Positions 29,624 through 32,000 of a DNA stretch of 32,000 nt are shown here, in pieces. The DNA comes from Pseudomonas aeruginosa. GTDB lineage: Bacteria > Pseudomonadota > Gammaproteobacteria > Pseudomonadales > Pseudomonadaceae. The notes under the pieces are model-generated. The model worked only from the letters and a program-made list of their open reading frames with translations, ran no database searches and was not told where the DNA came from. The stretch's first letter is position 1, and the number at the start of each line of letters is the position of its first letter. The position numbers were made by a program, and so were the translations under genes. The DNA lies in assembly GCF_001457615.1 (NCBI RefSeq), contig NZ_LN831024.1, forward strand, positions 4,860,001 to 4,892,000. Direction: 5' to 3'.

Positions 29624-29983
29624 TCAGACCGACTGCGGCTGGCGGGGGAAGCTGAAGTAGCGGCGCAGCGCCTCCACCAGTTCGAGGAATTCGGCGGGCG
29701 GCGCCAGCAGGTGGAAGCCGGAATCGAAATGACCGGGCGTGACGTCCTCGCAGGTCCACCGGCAGTCGGCGGAAAAATCGATGCATTGCGGGCGACCGCC
29801 CAGTCCCGGAACCTTCAGGCGCAGTTCGAAACGCGCGCCGACCAGCATCGGCAGTTGGCTGATCAGCAGCAGGCCGTCCTCGGAGACGTTGCCGATGTAT
29901 CCCATCGGCTTATCGGTGATGCGATTGAACACCTTCAGGTAGCTGGGCAACTGATGGCGCTGGATATGTCGTTGAAGACCCAT
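29624..29983 (-). CDS. PilZ-domain-like protein
   Basis: 119 aa. RHQLPSYLKVFNRITDKPMGYIGNVSEDGLLLIS..., resembling the PilZ RxxxR / (D/N)xSxxG pattern. Confidence 0.8.
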   Translation of the reverse strand: MGLQRHIQRHQLPSYLKVFNRITDKPMGYIGNVSEDGLLLISQLPMLVGARFELRLKVPGLGGRPQCIDFSADCRWTCEDVTPGHFDSGFHLLAPPAEFLELVEALRRYFSFPRQPQSV

Positions 29984-30043
29984 AATGGCATTTCGCTATG
30001 ATTTGCAGTCCAGTATGACGATGCCGGCGCTCGGGGAACAAGC

Positions 30044-30466
30044 TCAGCGGCAGCGTTCGGACTCCCGCGAGGCCAGTTCGCGACGAATGGCGTCCAGCTC
30101 GGCATCGCTCAGGTAAACCGGCCCGCCGCCGGCGTCCTGCCGATAGAAGCGGCCGCCGCGTTCGAGCTGGGACAACTGTTGCCGCAAGCGCCCGCATTCC
30201 TCGGCCAGCGCAGCCTGGCGCTGGCCGGCACGTTCGGCGGCGGCGGTGCGTTCCTCGCGACGAGCATCGAAATACTCCTGGGTGCGCTGCTCGCGCTGGC
30301 GGGTCGCGGCGTCACGTTCCACCACCTGCGGCCTGACTTCGACGCGTTGCGCGCCGGCCGGTGGCGTGGCGGAGAAGTGTACCTTGCCCTGGGCATCGGT
30401 CCAGCGATAGATGTCCGCCTGCGCCAGCACGGGCATCAGGGCGACACAGAACCACAGGGCACGCAT
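30044..30466 (-). CDS. DUF4124-containing exported protein
   Basis: 140 aa. Signal peptide then DIYRWTDAQGKVHFSATPPAGA, typical DUF4124, followed by a coiled-coil-like tail. Confidence 0.85.
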   Translation of the reverse strand: MRALWFCVALMPVLAQADIYRWTDAQGKVHFSATPPAGAQRVEVRPQVVERDAATRQREQRTQEYFDARREERTAAAERAGQRQAALAEECGRLRQQLSQLERGGRFYRQDAGGGPVYLSDAELDAIRRELASRESERCR

Positions 30467-30566
30467 GCGAACCTCCTCCGTGAAATCCAGGACGAAGCTT
30501 ACCGGATCGACCGGGGTCCCATGCGACCGACGGTCAGCCTGAACGCCCGTCCAGTCTCCCGGCCGC

Positions 30567-30944
30567 CTACAGGCGGGTCGGCACGGCGCTGGCCGAGGCC
30601 GGCGTCTCGCTCAGCCGGCCCAGTTGGCGCAAGGTCTCCAGCCGCGCCTTGGCACGGTAGGCATATTCGCTGGTGGGGTAACGGGCGATGATGAAGTGGT
30701 AGGTCTGCGCTGCGTCGACGAACAGGCTCTGGCGTTCCAGGCACTGGCCGCGCAGCAGCGAGATTTCCGGCTGCAGGTAGGGCCGCGCGCGAATCCGCCG
30801 TTCGGCCCGCGACAGGTCGAGCATCACCTGTGCGCAATCGCCTTTGTCGTAGGCGCGGTAGGCCCCGTTCAGGTCGCTGTTCAGCGACCAGCTGTTACAA
30901 CCGGTGGCACTCAGCGCCAGGCAGGCAACGATCAAGCTTCGCAT
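30567..30944 (-). CDS. Small lipoprotein, TPR-like
   Basis: 125 aa MRSLIVACLALSATGCNSWSLNSDLNGAYRAYDKGDCAQVMLDLSRAERR.... Lipobox SATGC. The ATG at 30944 is better spaced from GGAGG than the ATG at 30950. Confidence 0.75.
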   Translation of the reverse strand: MRSLIVACLALSATGCNSWSLNSDLNGAYRAYDKGDCAQVMLDLSRAERRIRARPYLQPEISLLRGQCLERQSLFVDAAQTYHFIIARYPTSEYAYRAKARLETLRQLGRLSETPASASAVPTRL

Positions 30945-31043
30945 AGGCATATCCTCCGTTGGGAACTGTATCGGCGCGTATTGGCGTGACTGAAGGGCCT
31001 GACTAGACTGAGGTGGCTCTCGCCCTGGCGCCAAGGAGATGCC

Positions 31044-31850
31044 ATGCGCTTCGCCCGCCGTCTCGTCCTGCTCCCATTGTTGTCGCTGCTGGCCGCTTGT
31101 TCGCCGACCACGCCGCTGTTCGTCGCCCAGGTGACCACTGGCGAAGTCGCCGAATACAAGCAGATGAAGAGCAACCGCATGACCGCCGCCATCGAGGAGG
31201 AAGGCGACCTGCTGACCTACAGCGCCATGGCGATCCGCGACAACAGGAGCGCCGAGGCGGAAAAGCTCTACCTCACCGGCTACGACAATCGCCGCTACAG
31301 CGCCGAGGTGCGCGGTATCTCGCTGTACCAGATCGGCCTGATCTACATGAGCCGCTACAACGACCAGCGCGACGACGCCAAGGCCACCGACTACTTCCAG
31401 CGCGTGGTCCGCGAGTTCCCCGGCACCCACGCCGCCGAGCATGCCCAGGCGCGCCTGCTGGCAATGCGCCAGCGGGCCAGGGAGCCGGTGCAGAAGAGCG
31501 CTCGCGAATTGCTCGCCACCTGGAAGCCACAGCAGAACCTCGATCTCTACAAGACCAGCCTCGACCCGGACATGACGCTGCTGTCGCGCCGCGCGGTGCT
31601 CAAGGATCGGGTCGACGAAGCCGCCGAGCTCTACCTGCTGGCGGTCAACGATCCGGCGATTCCTGCCGGTATAAAGGAAAAAGCCCTCTACCAGCTCGGC
31701 CTGATGTACCTGGCGCCGGACAACCCGCACCCGAACCGCGACAAGGCCATCGAATACCTGCGTCGCCAGTTGCTCGACTATCCTGAAGGCGAATTGTCGA
31801 ACAAGGCCGGCCGGCACCTCGACCAGGCGCTCAACGTGCAACCTCGCTGA
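31044..31850 (+). CDS. Sel1/TPR-like lipoprotein
   Basis: 268 aa MRFARRLVLLPLLSLLAACSPTTP.... Lipobox LLAAC and repeated helical hairpins (ALYQLGLMYLAPDNPHPNRDKAIEYLRRQLLDYPEGELSNKA). Confidence 0.82.
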   Translation: MRFARRLVLLPLLSLLAACSPTTPLFVAQVTTGEVAEYKQMKSNRMTAAIEEEGDLLTYSAMAIRDNRSAEAEKLYLTGYDNRRYSAEVRGISLYQIGLIYMSRYNDQRDDAKATDYFQRVVREFPGTHAAEHAQARLLAMRQRAREPVQKSARELLATWKPQQNLDLYKTSLDPDMTLLSRRAVLKDRVDEAAELYLLAVNDPAIPAGIKEKALYQLGLMYLAPDNPHPNRDKAIEYLRRQLLDYPEGELSNKAGRHLDQALNVQPR

Positions 31851-31934
31851 TCCCCGCCGGACTGACCCAGATCAAGCGCCCGTCGCGGCGCCTGGTCTGC
31901 AATGGCATTCCCGCCCAATGCCAGGAGCGTTGCC

Positions 31935-32000
31935 ATGAACCTGCATAACCTGCTGGTGGTCGTCGACCCGAGCAGCGACGAACAGCCGGCCCTTTCCCGT
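31935..32000 (+). CDS. N-terminus of a universal stress protein-like gene (truncated by window edge)
   Basis: MNLHNLLVVVDPSSDEQPALSR..., matching the usual Usp start (LLVVVDPS/T). Only 22 codons are visible. Confidence 0.6.
   Translation, partial: MNLHNLLVVVDPSSDEQPALSR

Overview
This 32 kb window is chromosomal DNA from a high-GC Pseudomonas. The content matches Pseudomonas aeruginosa around PA4299-PA4328 (locus tags recalled from memory, not searched). From left to right it contains: (1) a minus-strand Tad/Flp type IVb pilus operon (rcpC-rcpA-tadZ-tadA-tadB-tadC-tadD, with tadD cut by the left edge) and a divergent flp prepilin gene; (2) three paralogous dCache amino-acid chemoreceptor genes (pctC, pctA, pctB), interrupted by a convergent HerA-like ATPase gene; (3) a small envelope/polysaccharide-like module (GT4 glycosyltransferase, NodB/DUF2334-like deacetylase, flippase-like UPF0104/LPG-synthase-TM protein). 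The last gene of this module seems to be broken by a single-base frameshift at a CCCC run; (4) an unassigned 70-aa ORF, purU1, mvaT and sbcB; (5) a tightly overlapped seven-gene membrane/AAA+ cluster (multi-TM protein, RDD, SpoIIM/DUF95, DUF4129, DUF4350, MoxR AAA+, DUF58), which is the best candidate for a functionally undescribed system; (6) a PilZ protein, a DUF4124 protein, two divergent small lipoproteins, and the start of a Usp-type gene. I recognise no rRNA, tRNA, CRISPR array, phage or transposon. Most large ORFs opposite the real genes in the ORF track are high-GC shadow ORFs. The main non-coding signals are a family of palindromes after each pct gene, a 32-bp perfect palindromic bidirectional terminator, and the divergent AT-richer rcpC/flp region.
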